From Torpedo marmorata (taxonomy: Eukaryota): 64,000 nt of DNA. A model generated the notes under the pieces. It was not told the DNA's origin. It ran no database searches and worked only from the letters and a program-made list of their open reading frames with translations. The stretch lies in contig OZ360222.1 of NCBI GenBank assembly GCA_977017645.1, positions 188,666,001 through 188,730,000 of the forward strand, read 5' to 3'. Below, piece by piece: positions 1 through 12,943 of this stretch (positions are counted from its first letter, which is position 1; each line of letters starts with the position of its first letter). The translations under genes and the position numbers were made by a program.

Positions 1-214
1 TGATGCAGGTGCCGCTGTCTGGTGTGGTGTTGCTGCGTGCGTGTACGTGCCGTAGGCTCCCACAGCACCGATCAGCGTAGGCTGGAAGAGGAGCAGCTTG
101 AAGGGTAGTCTTCTTGTGTTGGGTGGTGGGGGGAGGGGCAGTGTCTGGGAGAACTCACTCATAATCTGGTGAGTTGGTTAGTGTGGTAACATGAAAGGTT
201 TGATTCGCCCGGTA

Positions 215-1370
215 TCACGACCCATCGCGTATCGACTGGACCAAGCGCAATGATCTCCCCTTTTTTCGGTGGACCCTGTGACTGCTGCACCCACACTCTA
301 CCAGACTCCTCAGAGTCTTGCATGTCGACTTCGTCAGTTTTGGGGGCATTGGAGGATGCCAGGTGGCGTGAGAGTGGAGAGCCCCCCCCTGCCCAGTGAG
401 GCATGAATTTAACTGGTCTACTGTCTGCTGGAGCACACTGAGCCACCCCTGCAATGACTGGGGCGTCAGTGTGCGAATTTTCTTTTTAAGTAGATCATTC
501 ATACGTTCTATTAAGCCAGATGCCTGTGGGTAGTAGGGGATGTGCAGCAGCCACAAGATACCAGCCTCCACCACCCAATTCTGTACTTTTGTCCCCATGA
601 AGTGAGTCCCCAGGTTGGACTGTACCTTCCACGGTTCTCCATAAATGGAAGAGAGATATTGTAGCCCTTTAATGGTACTGTACCTTCCACGGTTCTCCAT
701 AAATGGAAGAGAGATATTGTAGCCCTTTAATGGTACTGTACCTTCCACGGTACTCCATAAATGGAAGAGAGATATTGTAGCCCTTTAATGGTACTGTACC
801 TTCCACGGTTCTCCATAAATGGAAGAGAGATATTGTAGCCCTTTAATGGTACTGTACCTTCCACGGTACTCCATAAATGGAAGAGAGATATTGTAGCCCT
901 TTAATGGTACTGTACCTTCCACGGTACTCCATAAATGGAAGAGAGATATTGTAGCCCTTTAATGGTACTGTACCTTCCACGGTACTCCATAAATGGAAGA
1001 GAGATATTGTAGCCCTTTAATGGTACTGTCCTGGTCGGACCTCTGGCAGGGCACCGCCACCAGGACACCCGAGTATGTGTCGACCATTGTGAGGACATAC
1101 TACTTTTTATTTTGGTGTGGGTGCGGCCCGACACAGTCGACCTGCCATACCTGGTCTGCTCCAGTGCCACGGCGAATGTGACCCAGTGGACCCGTCGGCC
1201 AGCCCCGTGGTTTCACCTGCTGGCATGTGGGGCAATTGTCCACCGCGGTTCTAGCCACATCGTGTGTGAGTGCCACCCCTAGGCCCTCTGCCCACCGTAG
1301 CGTGCCGTGGGACCCCGGATGCTCGCTCTTGCGGTGCGCCCATGTTGCCAGTGCACTGAGGTCAGTGTGA
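215..1370 (-). pseudogene. ERV integrase, disrupted
   Basis: ORFs 1100..1603, 901..1170 and 215..748 carry HHCC and core DDE-region motifs; broken by the 58-bp array and frameshifts. Confidence 0.9.
620..1025. repeat. Tandem array, 7 x 58 bp, inside the integrase core
   Basis: Unit ctgtaccttccacggt(t/a)ctccataaatggaagagagatattgtagccctttaatggta starts at 620, 678, 736, 794, 852, 910 and 968. Confidence 0.97.
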
Positions 1371-2361
1371 TTGGGTTGCAGTGTGGCTGAGCAGATTTGT
1401 GCTGCGCAGTCTACGGCAGCATTGTGTGCAGCCTTCGCTGTGTCTCTGTTGGTATGCGCGCCCACATGTTGGACCGTGTGCATTCTTTGCCCAGCCTGCT
1501 CCCAGATAAACCACCAGTGCTGCTGGCCCCAGAGCAGGCGACTGTGAATTTGCCAGCCCATGTTGTGCCACTGGGCCATCCATACAGCCATGCCATTGGC
1601 CACTGCCCAGGAGTCACGTTAAATACAGATAGGGCCTGTGGTTTCTCGGAGGGGGAGTGCTACTACGGCCAGCTGACTGGATCACCCCCGCCCCATCTTG
1701 TGAAAGGGTCTGACCCATGGCAGGGTGTAGCACCACTGCCTTCCAAAGTGCTTGCTGCTCTTCCACCAGCTGGAGCCATCTGTGAATCAGGCCTGTTGCT
1801 GCTGGTCTGGATCGAGGGTGTCGATAGGCTGGCCCCAGGCTACGGGGGAGGGGTGCACGGCAGGGACCTGGGGAGGGGGAGCGTCGCTTTTGGGGGGGGG
1901 GGACATGACCTGCTTGTACAGTCGGCTCACCCCCTCAGAGAGGTTCGCGATGTACCACCTCCACTTTACTACGGAGGACCGCTGGGCACGACCCTCCTTG
2001 TGGGTGGCATCGACGGACTTGACCCATCGCAAGATGGGGAGGTGAGGTCGGAGTGCGATAGCCTCGCCAGCCGTTTGGTGCTCGGTGGCGAGGAGCGCTA
2101 GGTTGCATGCTAGCAGCTGGCACTCGAATGGGCTTTAGCGGCAGGCAGCTTCAGAGAGGGTCTTGGTCCAGAAGCCGAGTGGGACTCTGCGACCTTTCAT
2201 CTTTTGCCCGAGACTCCACTCGCCTATTGTAGTGGTGGCAGAAACCTGTAGCTCGAAGGGGACCCCTGTCGGGTGGGGGGGGCTTGTGGCAGTGCCTGCT
2301 CAACGGCCTGTTTTGCCATGTCGAAAGCCGTTTGCTGCTCGGACTCCGTTGATTTTTTTTT

Positions 2362-2611
2362 AGATAAATTTAGACATGCAGCACGGTAACAGGCCATTTC
2401 AGCCCACGAGCCCATGCCGCCCAATTTACACCCAATTAACCAACAACCCCTGGTATGTTTCAAAAGGTGGGAGGAAACCGGAGCACCCGGGGTAAACCCA
2501 CGCAGACACGGGGAGAACGTACAAACTCCTTACAGATAGCACGGGATTTGAACCCTGGTCCCGATCGCTGGCGCTGTAACAGCGTTGCGCTAACCGCTAC
2601 GACAACCATGC
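2362..2611 (-). mobile_element. tRNA-derived V-SINE inserted in ERV pol
   Basis: Minus strand has a tRNA-like head (gtagcggttagc...gggttcaaatccc), V-domain ctccggtttcctccca and an A-rich tail; similar copies at ~35265 and ~57894. Confidence 0.88.
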
Positions 2612-3260
2612 AGCTTTTTTCCTGGAGACCCGGTACCATGGCTGGAGTATCATTGTAAGGTTGGGAATGGGTTGTTGTCAGTCGCCAAAGAGGCTAACGA
2701 AGCTCTGGGTTTCCACTTCATTAGTTGGCACCGCCTTGTTAAGAATTTTATTTTTGGCGGTGGCTGGGATCTTTCTGTGGCCTGAATGCTACTGTATTCC
2801 TAGGAACAGGACTGTCTGACTGGGGCCCTGCACTTTATCGGGGTTAATGGCCCAGCCATGTGCACTGAGTGCAGTAATTAAAGTGTCCAGGGCCTGTGCC
2901 ACAGCATCCTCTAGGGGCCTTGCAGGAGGATATCCTCGATATAATGTGTGGTATCGATGCCTGGGGAAGGCTGATATTTTTTAAATCCCTGGCAATTAGA
3001 TGGTGGCACAGTGTGGGGTTGTGGAGATAGCCCTGGGGCAGGCGACAAAAGGTATATTGGCTGCCCTCTCAAGCAAAGCAAATTGGTCCTGTGATTCTAA
3101 ACTGAGGGGAATTGAAAAGAAAGCATTCGTGTTTGGTATCCCTCCCCCCCCCCCCGATGTCTTCAAGCAAGGTGACCACATCGGGGACTGCGACAGTGAG
3201 GGAGAGGGGGGGGCTACTTTATTTAATTTTCTATAATCAATGGTTATCCGTCATGTGCCG

Positions 3261-6200
3261 TTTTTTAAAAAATATTTTATTTAAAAATTTTAAATCACAA
3301 AATACATAAAATAAAATATAAAATTATCAAAGTATTTGTGATACATTTTCACCCCTCCTCCCTCCCTCCCCTCCCCAACCCTCCCAACCCCACTAATCTA
3401 ATAAAAATAAAAATATAAAATAAAAATAGAAAAAGAAGAAGAAAAAAGAAAGAAAAAGATAGAGTAAGGAGAATGCCAATCTATAAACTAATTCTATTAT
3501 AGAGGTCAAGTATGCCAGTAGATCCGATACCCAGAGATCTTCAAATCCTTAAACCAACAACTTTCATATTTGGGCTCCAAATTTTTAAGAAAAAATGATA
3601 TTTGTTACGTAAATTATAAGTAATTTTTTCAAGTGGTATACATGAACGAAGTTCTGCATGCCATCTTTCTAATCCTAAATCTAAATCAGATTTCCAAGTA
3701 ATAGCAATACATTTCTTTGAAACAGCTAAAACAATTCGCAAAAACTCTATTTGATACATACCGGTATTTAATTTCATCTTAATACTAAATTTTCTAATAT
3801 CTCCAAACAAAAATATCAGGATCCATTGGAAATGTAATCTTAAATACTTTATCTAAAAATTTTTTAACTTTCAACCAAAAATCATAAACTTTTGGACAAA
3901 ACCATGTAGAATGTACAAAAGAACCTTCCTCTTTATTACATCTAAAACATAAACCTGATAATGTCGGATTAAATTTCTTTAGTTTTTTAGGTGTTAAATA
4001 TAATTGATGAAAAAAATTGTATTGTACTAATCTATATCTAACATTAATAATCTTCGTCATACTTAGTTTACATAATTCTTTCCAATGATTTTCATCTATT
4101 GTTACATTCAAATCTAATTCCCATTTTAATCTTGATTTATGAATTCCTACCTTAGGCACTTTCCTCTGAAACAATTTATACATTTGAGAAATAAATTTAT
4201 TGACATCTCCTTTAGTAACTAATAATTCTAATTCATTCTGTCTTGGTAAAATCAAAGCATAACTTAATTTCTCAATCAGAAAAGCTCTAATTTGATAATA
4301 AGCAAAAAGTGTATTATCTAATATATTAAATTTATCTTTCATTCTTTAAAAAGTAATAAATTTTCCAGCTTCAAAACAATCATTAATTTTCTTAATTCCT
4401 TTTTGAAACCAAATTTTAAATAATTGATTATTAATAGTAAATGGAATAAGTCCATTTTGATATAAAGGCATCCTTGAAGAAATCAATCCTTTTCCTCCTA
4501 TTTCCTTATCCGTCTTATTCCATATTTCTAACAAATGTTTAAGAACAGGAGAATTTTTCTTTCTTGTTGATATTAATTTAGAATCCCATTTATAAATAAC
4601 TTCTTCTTTGGAATCTTCTCCTATATTATTTAATTCTATTTTAATCCAAGCAGAAGATTTAGTTGAATCAAAAAATTCATTAACAAATTTTAATTGAGCT
4701 GCTTTATAATAATTTTGGAAATTAGGAAGTTGTAAACCACCCATTTCATAATTCCAAGTTAACTTTTCCATACCTACTCTTGCTAACTTTCCTTTCCATA
4801 AGAATTTTCTAATAATTGAATTTAAATCTTTAAAAAATTTTTGAGGAATTTCATAAGGAATTGATTGAAAAAGATATTGAATTCTTGGAAAAACATTCAT
4901 TTTAATACAATTTACTCTTCCCATTAAAGTTATAGGTAAATCTTTCCAATTTTCTAAATCTTTCTTTATTTTCACAAATAATGGTAAATAATTTAATTTG
5001 TATAAATTAGCCAATTTTGTGTCAACCCTTATTTCCAAATATTTAATTCCTTCCTTTACCCATTTAAATTGTGTAATTTCTTTACATCTACTATAATCCC
5101 CTTGTGATAATGCCATAATTTCATTTTTATCAGAATTAATTTTATATCCAGATATTTCCCCATATTCTCTCAATAACACAGACAGTTGTACTAAGGATGT
5201 AGTAGATTTTGTCATATATATCAATACATCATCTGCGAATAAACTAATTTTATGTTCTTCCATTCCAACTTTAATACCAACTATTTTAGGATCTTTTCTA
5301 ACTAATTCTGCCAAAGGTTCTATCGCCAAAATAAATAATGCTGGTGACAAAGGACATCCTTGTCTAGTAGATCGAGTCAAAGGAAATTTTGAAGAAATTT
5401 GTCCATTTGTAACTACTTTAGCAGATGGTTCTTTATATATAGTTTTAATCCAATTAATAAATGTATTTCCAAAACCAAATTTCTCCAATACCTTAAATAA
5501 AAAATTCCACTCTAATCTATCAAAAGCCTTTTCGGCGTCTAAAGTTAAAACTAATGGTAAATCTTCCTTCTTTTTATGTAAATTAATTAAACTAATCAAT
5601 CTAGCTATATTATCTTTTGAATATCTATTTTTAATAAAACCAGCTTGATCGACATGAATTAAATCTGGTAAATAATTAGCCATTCTATTTGCTAAAATTT
5701 TTGCCATTATCTTATAATCTACATTTAATAATGAAATAGGACTATAAGATTCAGTTTTCAATACATCTCTATCTTTCTTTTGTATAACTGTAATTATTGC
5801 ATTTAAGAAAGTATCTGGTAATGAGTGAGTTTCCGTAATTTGATTCAATACATCCATATATGGAGTTATTAATAAATCTTTAAACTCTTTGTAAAATTCT
5901 GATGGAAATCCATCTTCACCTGGAGATTTACCACTCTTTAGAGAAGTAAGAACTTCATTAACTTCCCTCATTGAGAAAGGTAAATCTAAAGATTCTCACT
6001 TTGAGTATTCAATTTAGGTAATATAATTTTAGATAAAAATCTAGTAATTTTAGAGTCGTCTTGATCAATCTGAGATTTATATAAATTCAAATAATAATCT
6101 TTAAAAGAATCATTTATTTCTCGAGGTTTATAAGTTATTTCTCTAGAGTTCTTTTTCCTTATAGCATTTATAGTTCTAGAAGTTTGTCCTTTTTTAATTG

Positions 6201-6590
6201 CCATGCCAAAACTTTGAGCTCTTTCCCCTAACTCATAGTATCTTTGTTTAGTTCTTTCAATTAATTTTTCCATTTAATATGTTTGTAATAAATTGTAATG
6301 TAATTTCTTCCCAATTAAATGGTTCCTTTTTTGAATTGATCTGTTTTTTTGTAAATCTTTTTCCAAACACAATCTCCTTCTCTAAATTTTCTACTTCCCT
6401 AAGATAATCTTTCTTAATTTTTGCTGAATAACTTATTATTTGACCTCTTAAATAAGCTTTTAAAGCTTCCTAAATAATAAATTTATTATCAGTAGAATTA
6501 GAATTTATTTGTAAAAATTCCTGAATTTCCCTTCTCATATAATCACAAAAATCTTTTCTTTTTAATAAAGAAGAATTGAATCTCCAGCTG
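3261..6590 (-). mobile_element. 5'-truncated L1-clade LINE (ORF2 RT to C-terminus) inserted in ERV RT
   Basis: ORFs 5986..6273, 4346..5971 (KSPGEDG, LDAEKAFD, TRQGCPLSP, FADD) and 3794..4342 (CFRC...H...C); AATAAA and A-tail at ~3261-3281; near-perfect TSD atgt(g/a)ccgttttt at 3253-3265 and 6591-6603; very AT-rich. Confidence 0.95.
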
Positions 6591-6659
6591 ATGTACCGTT
6601 TTTCTTGCGCACAGGCCAGATCAGACTATTAAAGGGAAAATGGCGGGTTAAATTACTTT

Positions 6660-7192
6660 CTCTTATAACAAGGCGTCGATGACCTCGGCGATCTCTTTTT
6701 TGCCCCCTGGCTGGCACCCGGTACTATCGGTACTGTCGGGTGCTGACTACCTGGGAGGGGGGGGAGGATGACTATCGGTGCCCATTTAGTGGCTCCGACT
6801 ACACTGGTTGCCCGGGTGACCCCGAAGATGAACTTTCCTCTGTTGGTGCGCAGTGACTGCCCCTTGAGCACATTCATGCCTAGAATGCACTCGGGGAAGG
6901 CTGCGACCAGAGCGGACACGGATCGGGGAGGTTCATTACCGAAGGAGAGGCGGAGGGTAACCTCTCTGGCAGGGATAATGGACCCTCCTAATCCCTCTAC
7001 AGAAACCTGTGGACCCCTCCAACCTGCGGGATTACCGGGGATAATGGTGTGCTCGGCACCGGTATCTACTTACGCCAGCCAGCGCTGGGTATTCCCCTTT
7101 TCCCCATGTACAGCCACCGGGATATATGGCTTCGGGTCGCCCGGGCGGGACAGGACTGCTGAATAGATCCGCCGGGGGTCCTGGCCTTCATC
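6660..7192 (-). pseudogene. ERV aspartic protease region
   Basis: GDPKPYIPVAVHG...WLA*VDTGAEHT, then ECILGMNVL; in-frame stop just before the active site. Confidence 0.85.
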
Positions 7193-8700
7193 CTATGGGA
7201 GGGGGGTGGAGGTCTGCCACCCCGCGGGCGATGTTTCCTGCCGCCGGATATGGGCTATTTCCTCTCACACCAGGGATCTAAGCTTTAACCTGAGGGAGTC
7301 AGGGGCCACCTCTGGTGGGGGAAGGTGGAGTGGGCGGTGAATTAGAAGCTCCACCCTTACAGGACTTCACCCCCGCTATGCTCTTTCCAGAGAGCATACA
7401 TGGTGAAAGTGGAAATTCTATGAATGCGGGCACGATCCACACCAGCGCACATTAGATCCATGTACATGTCTCTATGGGTCACCGGCAAGATGGCATCGCT
7501 GCGCTTTGTCTCAGCCCTGCGAACCTGAGCAGGTGCTCTCCGCTCCATGTACTCCAGTCCCTCCAGGAGGGTAGTGGCTTCCTAGATGGTTTTCCAGGTC
7601 AACGGTCCCATGAGGGCAAGACCACCCCTCTAAGGTCGGGGCGCGCTGTGGTGACTAAGTAGCCCACTAGGGCACCAGTCACCCTCGTGTTCTCGGGGAA
7701 ATGGCGTGGGTGCCCCCGTAGATGCCCATGATGAGTGCCCACTCCCAAATGACCCTTGTTGCTTCACTGACGGTGTGCCACTGCGGCCGGCCGTTTAGGT
7801 CCCATTCTAGAAGGATAGGGAATCTGGCCCGCACCGCAATCACTACCCGATCCCATAGGGTAGTGCCGTCACCGATCACTTCTGGCGGTGCCTGCAGTGC
7901 GTTGTTAATCGTCTGTTGATCAGACAGACTGCCGAGGGCGCTCGCTTCCAGGCGAGAGAGGCAAATATTGAGGGCCCCTCTCCCCATAGCCGTCGCAGCC
8001 ACGTGGCTAGGTGATCGCCCGACCGCTGGAGGTTTCAGTCCCCAACCCGGTTAGCTCCTTGGCAGAGTGGTCTCTCAGGTTTCTCCTGTACTTTCACAGT
8101 GACCGCATGCGTGCCCATCTGAGGTCCCCCCATTTTCGTCTATTTCCCCATTTTGGGGTGTCAGTGGGGTGCCCTCGTGGCGGGTCTGGGACCGTGTAGT
8201 CACTGGTCGGGCTTGCCAAGGCTCGGTCACACAGAGGGGAGGGTGCGTGTAATAGGACTCAGCTTCCTCATAGTCATCACTCTCCATCCACACATCCCCA
8301 TCCCCCAACAACGTCATCCTCTTCCCCCTGCCGGACGATGGCTCGGACTTTAACTGGCTCGAGCTGCCAGCCAGACTGTCGAGCTGCTTGCAGCTGCTGC
8401 ATTTTAATCAGCTTGCAAACTGCCTCTGTACTCTTAATTTCTACGTTGGTGGCCCAAACTCAGGCAGTCTGCACTGCCTCCTGTAGGGCACTACAGCAAT
8501 ACTGGAGGGATTCTATTTCCCTATCTTTCTGGGCACCCTGTTGACCTAACTCTGCTGTAATTCCCCAGTGGTGTCTCAGGAGAGACGCCATAAGCCAAAG
8601 GGCCCCCCCATGACTCCCCTCGGTCTCGGGAAATCCTGAATTCTCAAGGAGGGACGCCACGTGGTGCCCAATCTTATCCCCCCTGCGGGTTCATGCTGTC
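7193..8700 (-). pseudogene. ERV gag, fragmented
   Basis: Lies between PBS and protease; N-terminal coiled-coil-like segment; C-terminal VTHRDMYMDLMCAGVDRARIH...YALWKE resembles class III gag; no CCHC knuckle seen. Confidence 0.75.
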
Positions 8701-8930
8701 AGCCCTGTCTAACAGTCTCCCGTGGTCCGCCAGTAAACCCACGAACCTGCTGAACCTCGCATTATCATCAGTCCACCCGGGAATTCTACTCTCGTGCCCT
8801 GAAGCTCCCTTACTAGGTGTGGGGTCCTTCCTGTTCACGAAGAAGTATGCTATAAACACACACACACGACAGGAGATTCAGACACATGCTGGTTAGTATC
8901 ACTTCAAACATCGTGACCACGCATGTATGA

Positions 8931-8948
8931 ACCCTGCTCACGGCGCCA
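8931..8948 (-). promoter_or_regulatory. Primer-binding site, tRNA-Ser type
   Basis: Minus strand TGGCGCCGTGAGCAGGGT, 2 nt after the LTR-terminal CA; closely matches the complement of vertebrate tRNA-Ser(CGA/UGA) 3' ends. Confidence 0.8.
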
Positions 8949-8950
8949 TT

Positions 8951-9493
8951 TGTTGTGTGGGAAGGGAAAAATTCGGTGGGTTCAAAGAATAGTGGGTCTG
9001 GACACAGGCTGAATGCAGAAACAATCTTTATTGAAACACACGTAAGGGGATTGCAACAGGGATAACACACACAAGTAAAACACAAAAGTCTGCCTACACT
9101 GTGGTTGAAGTAAAAACACAATGCTGGAGAAACTCAGCAGGTCAAACAGTGTACTTTATATAGTAAAGCTAAAGATACATAACCAACACATGCAAGTATT
9201 CTCAATCATACAACGCAGTGCAACTAGTCGCATCGGACTTATTACTACCGATACTAGCAGCTGTTCATACAGACTACCATACGCTACCCACTGTTCCTTG
9301 TCTGAAGTGGGCTCGGCTCAGATTCTATACAACTACATCAGTGTACAACAACTCCGATCCCTATGTAGTGCACACCTTACCAGCGACTCCTCCAGTGTTG
9401 TCCACAGTAGAGTTCGTCTCAGGGCCGAAGAGGAAGAGCTACTGCACATGGTGGACTTTATAGTACAGTAAGCTGGAGGGTCTGGCCCAGGCA
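8951..9493 (-). repeat. ERV 5' LTR, containing a Penelope-tail insertion at 9078-9184
   Basis: TG...CA termini on the minus strand, AATAAA at 9027-9032, abuts the PBS on one side and interrupts a CR1 ORF on the other; the insertion is flanked by aacac(ac/tg)caagta-type direct repeats at 9064-9077 and 9185-9198. Confidence 0.82.
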
Positions 9494-10018
9494 ATCTCTC
9501 CTCATAGGCTAACCCCCTTATCTTTGGAATCAACCTGGTGAACCTCTTCTGGTCCGCCTCCAGAACCAGTACCTCCTTCCTCAAGTAAAGAGACCAGTAC
9601 TCCAAATGCAGCCTCACCAGTACCTTGTACAGTTGCAGCATAACCTCCCTGCTCCTAAATTCAATCCCTCTAGTAATGAAGGCCAACATTCCATTTGCCT
9701 TCTTGATAGCCTGCTGCACCAGCAAACCAACCTTTTGCGATTCATGCACAAGCAGTCCCAAATCCCTCTGCATGGCAGCATGCTGCAATCGCTTTCCATT
9801 TAAATAATAAGCTGATCTTCCATTTTTCCTTCCAAAGTGGATAACTTCACATTTATCAACATTGTACTCCATCTGCCAGACCCTTGCCCACTCACTTAAC
9901 CTATCTATATATCTCTTTGCAGAGTCTCCGTATACTCTGCACAATTTGCTTTTCCACTCAATTTAGTGTCATCAGCAAACTTGGATACACTGCACTCTGT
10001 CCCCTCTTCCAGATCATT
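9494..10018 (-). mobile_element. CR1 LINE fragment, the ERV insertion target
   Basis: ORF 9333..9944: WQMEYNVDKCEVIHFG...KANGMLAFI...LYKVLVRLHLEY...YEERL, cut at the LTR. Confidence 0.9.
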
Positions 10019-10548
10019 AATAACAGAGGACTCACTGGTTTACTGGCTGTTCCTGGTTATGCATGCAGAGACGGTCATCCAGAGCTGCTGGAAGATCATC
10101 AACGTGGTGAAAGATGTCCTTTGGTCTGCCCGAAACTTGTTGGTCTTCCAGCACAGTGAGATGTGAGTGATGGAATACGGGAATGTTGCCGACTGGCACA
10201 TTCCAGGCTGCAAGGGGACACGGTCAGGGCCGCACTTAGGCTTGGTGCAGCCAACACAAGGGCTGTGGGGGGGGGGGAATCACAGGTGGGATCCTTCCAC
10301 TACTGGGCATTCAGTGAGTGAGACAGAAGGGAAAGCCCCTCAAACAATAGAGGGATTGAATAACTATAATGGGCCATATTTGTTGCTACAATGTGATGGT
10401 GTGATGTAGCAAATTAGAGGATTAACATTATGTACAGTAATGGAATGTATCTCTGAATATGACACTAAGGATGTGTAAAGACTTTGCACTGCTTTCCTCT
10501 GTGTATAATTTTATTGTGAATGAAGTTTATTTATGGAGAAAAAATAAA
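10019..10548 (+). mobile_element. 3' end of an L1/Tx1-like LINE
   Basis: CWKIINVVKDVLWSARNLLVFQH C-terminal motif followed by an A-rich tail. Confidence 0.6.
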
Positions 10549-10779
10549 ATTCTGTGGCCACAACTTTTTTTCACCACACTTGGCAAAGTAAGGATTCATG
10601 CCACATTGAGGCATATCTTCATTGCAAGGGATTCTGATGTATTGAAAAGAAGATGTGCATTTTAGGCACAGATGCATAATCATTTATGATCACAGTCATC
10701 TTATCTGATATTTGTGTAATGAAGAAAATATTTCAAATTCCAATGATATCTGTTGGTAAAAATAATTGAAATCTTTTAG

Positions 10780-10937
10780 CTCATGAGGATGAGGATAAGG
10801 ATGATGACTTCCGAGCTCCACTCTACAAGAATGTGGAAATCAAAGGAATCCAAGTACGGATGAAATGGTGCGCAACGTGCCATTTTTACAGACCACCCCG
10901 ATGTTCTCATTGCAGTGTATGTAATAACTGTGTTGAG
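10780..10937 (+). CDS. ZDHHC8: ZDHHC8 coding exon, start of the cysteine-rich domain
   Basis: AG/GT bounded; [52 protein letters not shown]. Confidence 0.93.
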
Positions 10938-12943
10938 GTAAGAGATGCTGCTGTTACAGTTGCTAAATAACTTGGCACAAGCACAATGGCACAATGATAT
11001 TTCTTTCTACATTTGTCTTGCCAATTATTTCCCCTCTCCTGGGGATGCTACTTGGCTGTGGCTTAACAGATGCTAGGAACTTTTGTTTATTTTGCTCAAA
11101 TAACCACTATCCCTAGCTGAATCCTGATCATGAGTATTGATAAACTGACCACAATAGCAAAGCTTGAATCTTCATTAGTCAAGTTCCCACCCATGTGTTT
11201 CTAGTGAGGTCTGTGAACAGCAATTAGAAGCCATGCCTTCTCTGAACTGCTTCCAATGTGTGTACATGTTCTTTAAAAAAGGAACAAATCTATACACAGT
11301 AGTTGAAGTATAGTGGCGCCACTTCCCAATATAATTGATGCATCAGCTCCCAACTTTTTCATTCAATCCCCCCAAGCAATAGAAAATAAAAATCTGTTAC
11401 ATTTCCAAATCAGATAACCAGAATTCTTGCCCTTCTGCTAATCTTGCACTGGGACACCCAGATCCCTCAGCATATCCGGGCTGTGTTATCTCTCATATTT
11501 TCATTACCAAGGTGCACCATTTCAGTTTTTTTCCCACATTACACTCCCATTTCCCAGGCGTTTGTTCATTCACTTTGATCTACTTACATACCTTTGTTCT
11601 TTTCACAACGGACTTTCCAACCTATATTTGTTTCATCAGCATATTTAGTATCTTCAGTGGCACTGAATTTCATGACTTGTTCATGACAATAAATTCTGAT
11701 TCTGATTCTGATTTACCAAATCATTTACCTATATAAATTATTAAAATTTTGAGGCCCCATCCCGAATCCAAGTGTCTACAATAATATTTACTTGCTATGC
11801 CATCAGTTTTTACTTTCCTCGATAACCTTTGCTGTATCAAATATCTTCTGGAATCTGTTCCAAAACATTTTTCCACCATTTAGATTAATTGACCATCCTG
11901 TCGTTGCTGGACTTGTCAATTGACCCGTCTTTGAACAAGGTTGTCACAGTTGCCTCCTTTAGTTTACCTCTCCTGGTCCAGATGACTTACAACATTTTTA
12001 AGCTCTCTTTATTGATAGCTATCCTTCTGTAAAACTATTTTTTCATGTATTGGCTAAAACCAGATCAATTTTTTTTTAAAAAGCATAAAAGTTAATTAAA
12101 GAGTGAACTCACATCTCAAATTACAGTTAGTTGAAAGACTGGGTTGGGTCCATAAAATATTTGGATTGTGCAAAAACTACACTTTAAACATTTGTCTTGC
12201 ATGCCATTCCAAATGTTCTCCTTGACAGTTTAATATCACAACCAAATAATTGTTGAACATTTGTGAAGATTGTACAGGCCCTGTATCACAACTAATACCA
12301 ACTAAATAGAATCTCTAAGAAATCAAGATTCAAGGTTATTTTTATTGTCACGTAATAATACATTAAAAGATGTAACATACTTTTGCCTGCCATAAGGCAG
12401 ACAAAGAGTCGCCATTAGTATTGCCCGGTGCCCCTTACATTACGAGAGAAAAAGAAGCAAAAGAGTCCCTTCAGAGTCACTGAGTGTCCATGGATTCTCC
12501 TCCAGCGCTACCACAGCCTCTGCAGCCACACAGACTCCTGTTCAGTTCATTGGCAACCCGAGCTCCGGATCTAAGCCTCCGACACAATCAGGAAGCCTTC
12601 AGCCCTCTTGCCCTCAGCATCCTCTGAAATCCCAGCTCCAATACCAGGTTCCCATGAGCCAGTCGCCAACAGCCCGCAGCTGTCACCGCTACGAAACCTT
12701 AAAGCTTGTCGCACAATATTTAGAATCTGAGAAGGAGGTCAAATGCGGCACCAGGGAGTGGTTGCTTTTCATTTTCTGCTGTTGATTTCCAGAATAATGA
12801 GAAACACTGATAAGCAGATCATAAATGTCGAATATCTGTACCTATTATTGCAAAGAAATTGTAGCCTGTAATAGAAAAGATTTTGTATCAAATCACAATA
12901 AGAAAAAATATTAATGTTTTTGTCCCCTTCATTTTATTTCCAG

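Larger units (their letters stand above)
1..9493 (-). mobile_element. Decayed class III (ERV-S/ERV-L-like) endogenous retrovirus: 5' LTR, PBS, gag, pro, pol; 3' end lies outside the window
   Basis: Minus-strand order LTR-PBS-gag-PR (VDTGAE ~7055-7072)-RT (PFNSLIWPVRKKNGT, SQDQFA, HYIEDIL ~2930-2945)-RNase H (MANGMAVWMAQW, HVGAH)-IN (HHCC: WAHRKSEH...CPTC; WQVDCVGP; SNLGTHF; YYPQASGLIERMN). Multiple stops and frameshifts. Confidence 0.93.

Noticed and set aside
1397-2101. 234-aa + strand ORF and other short ORFs such as 61704..62282
   Set aside because: Antisense to GC-rich ERV pol or within intronic repeat debris; no motifs or splice support.
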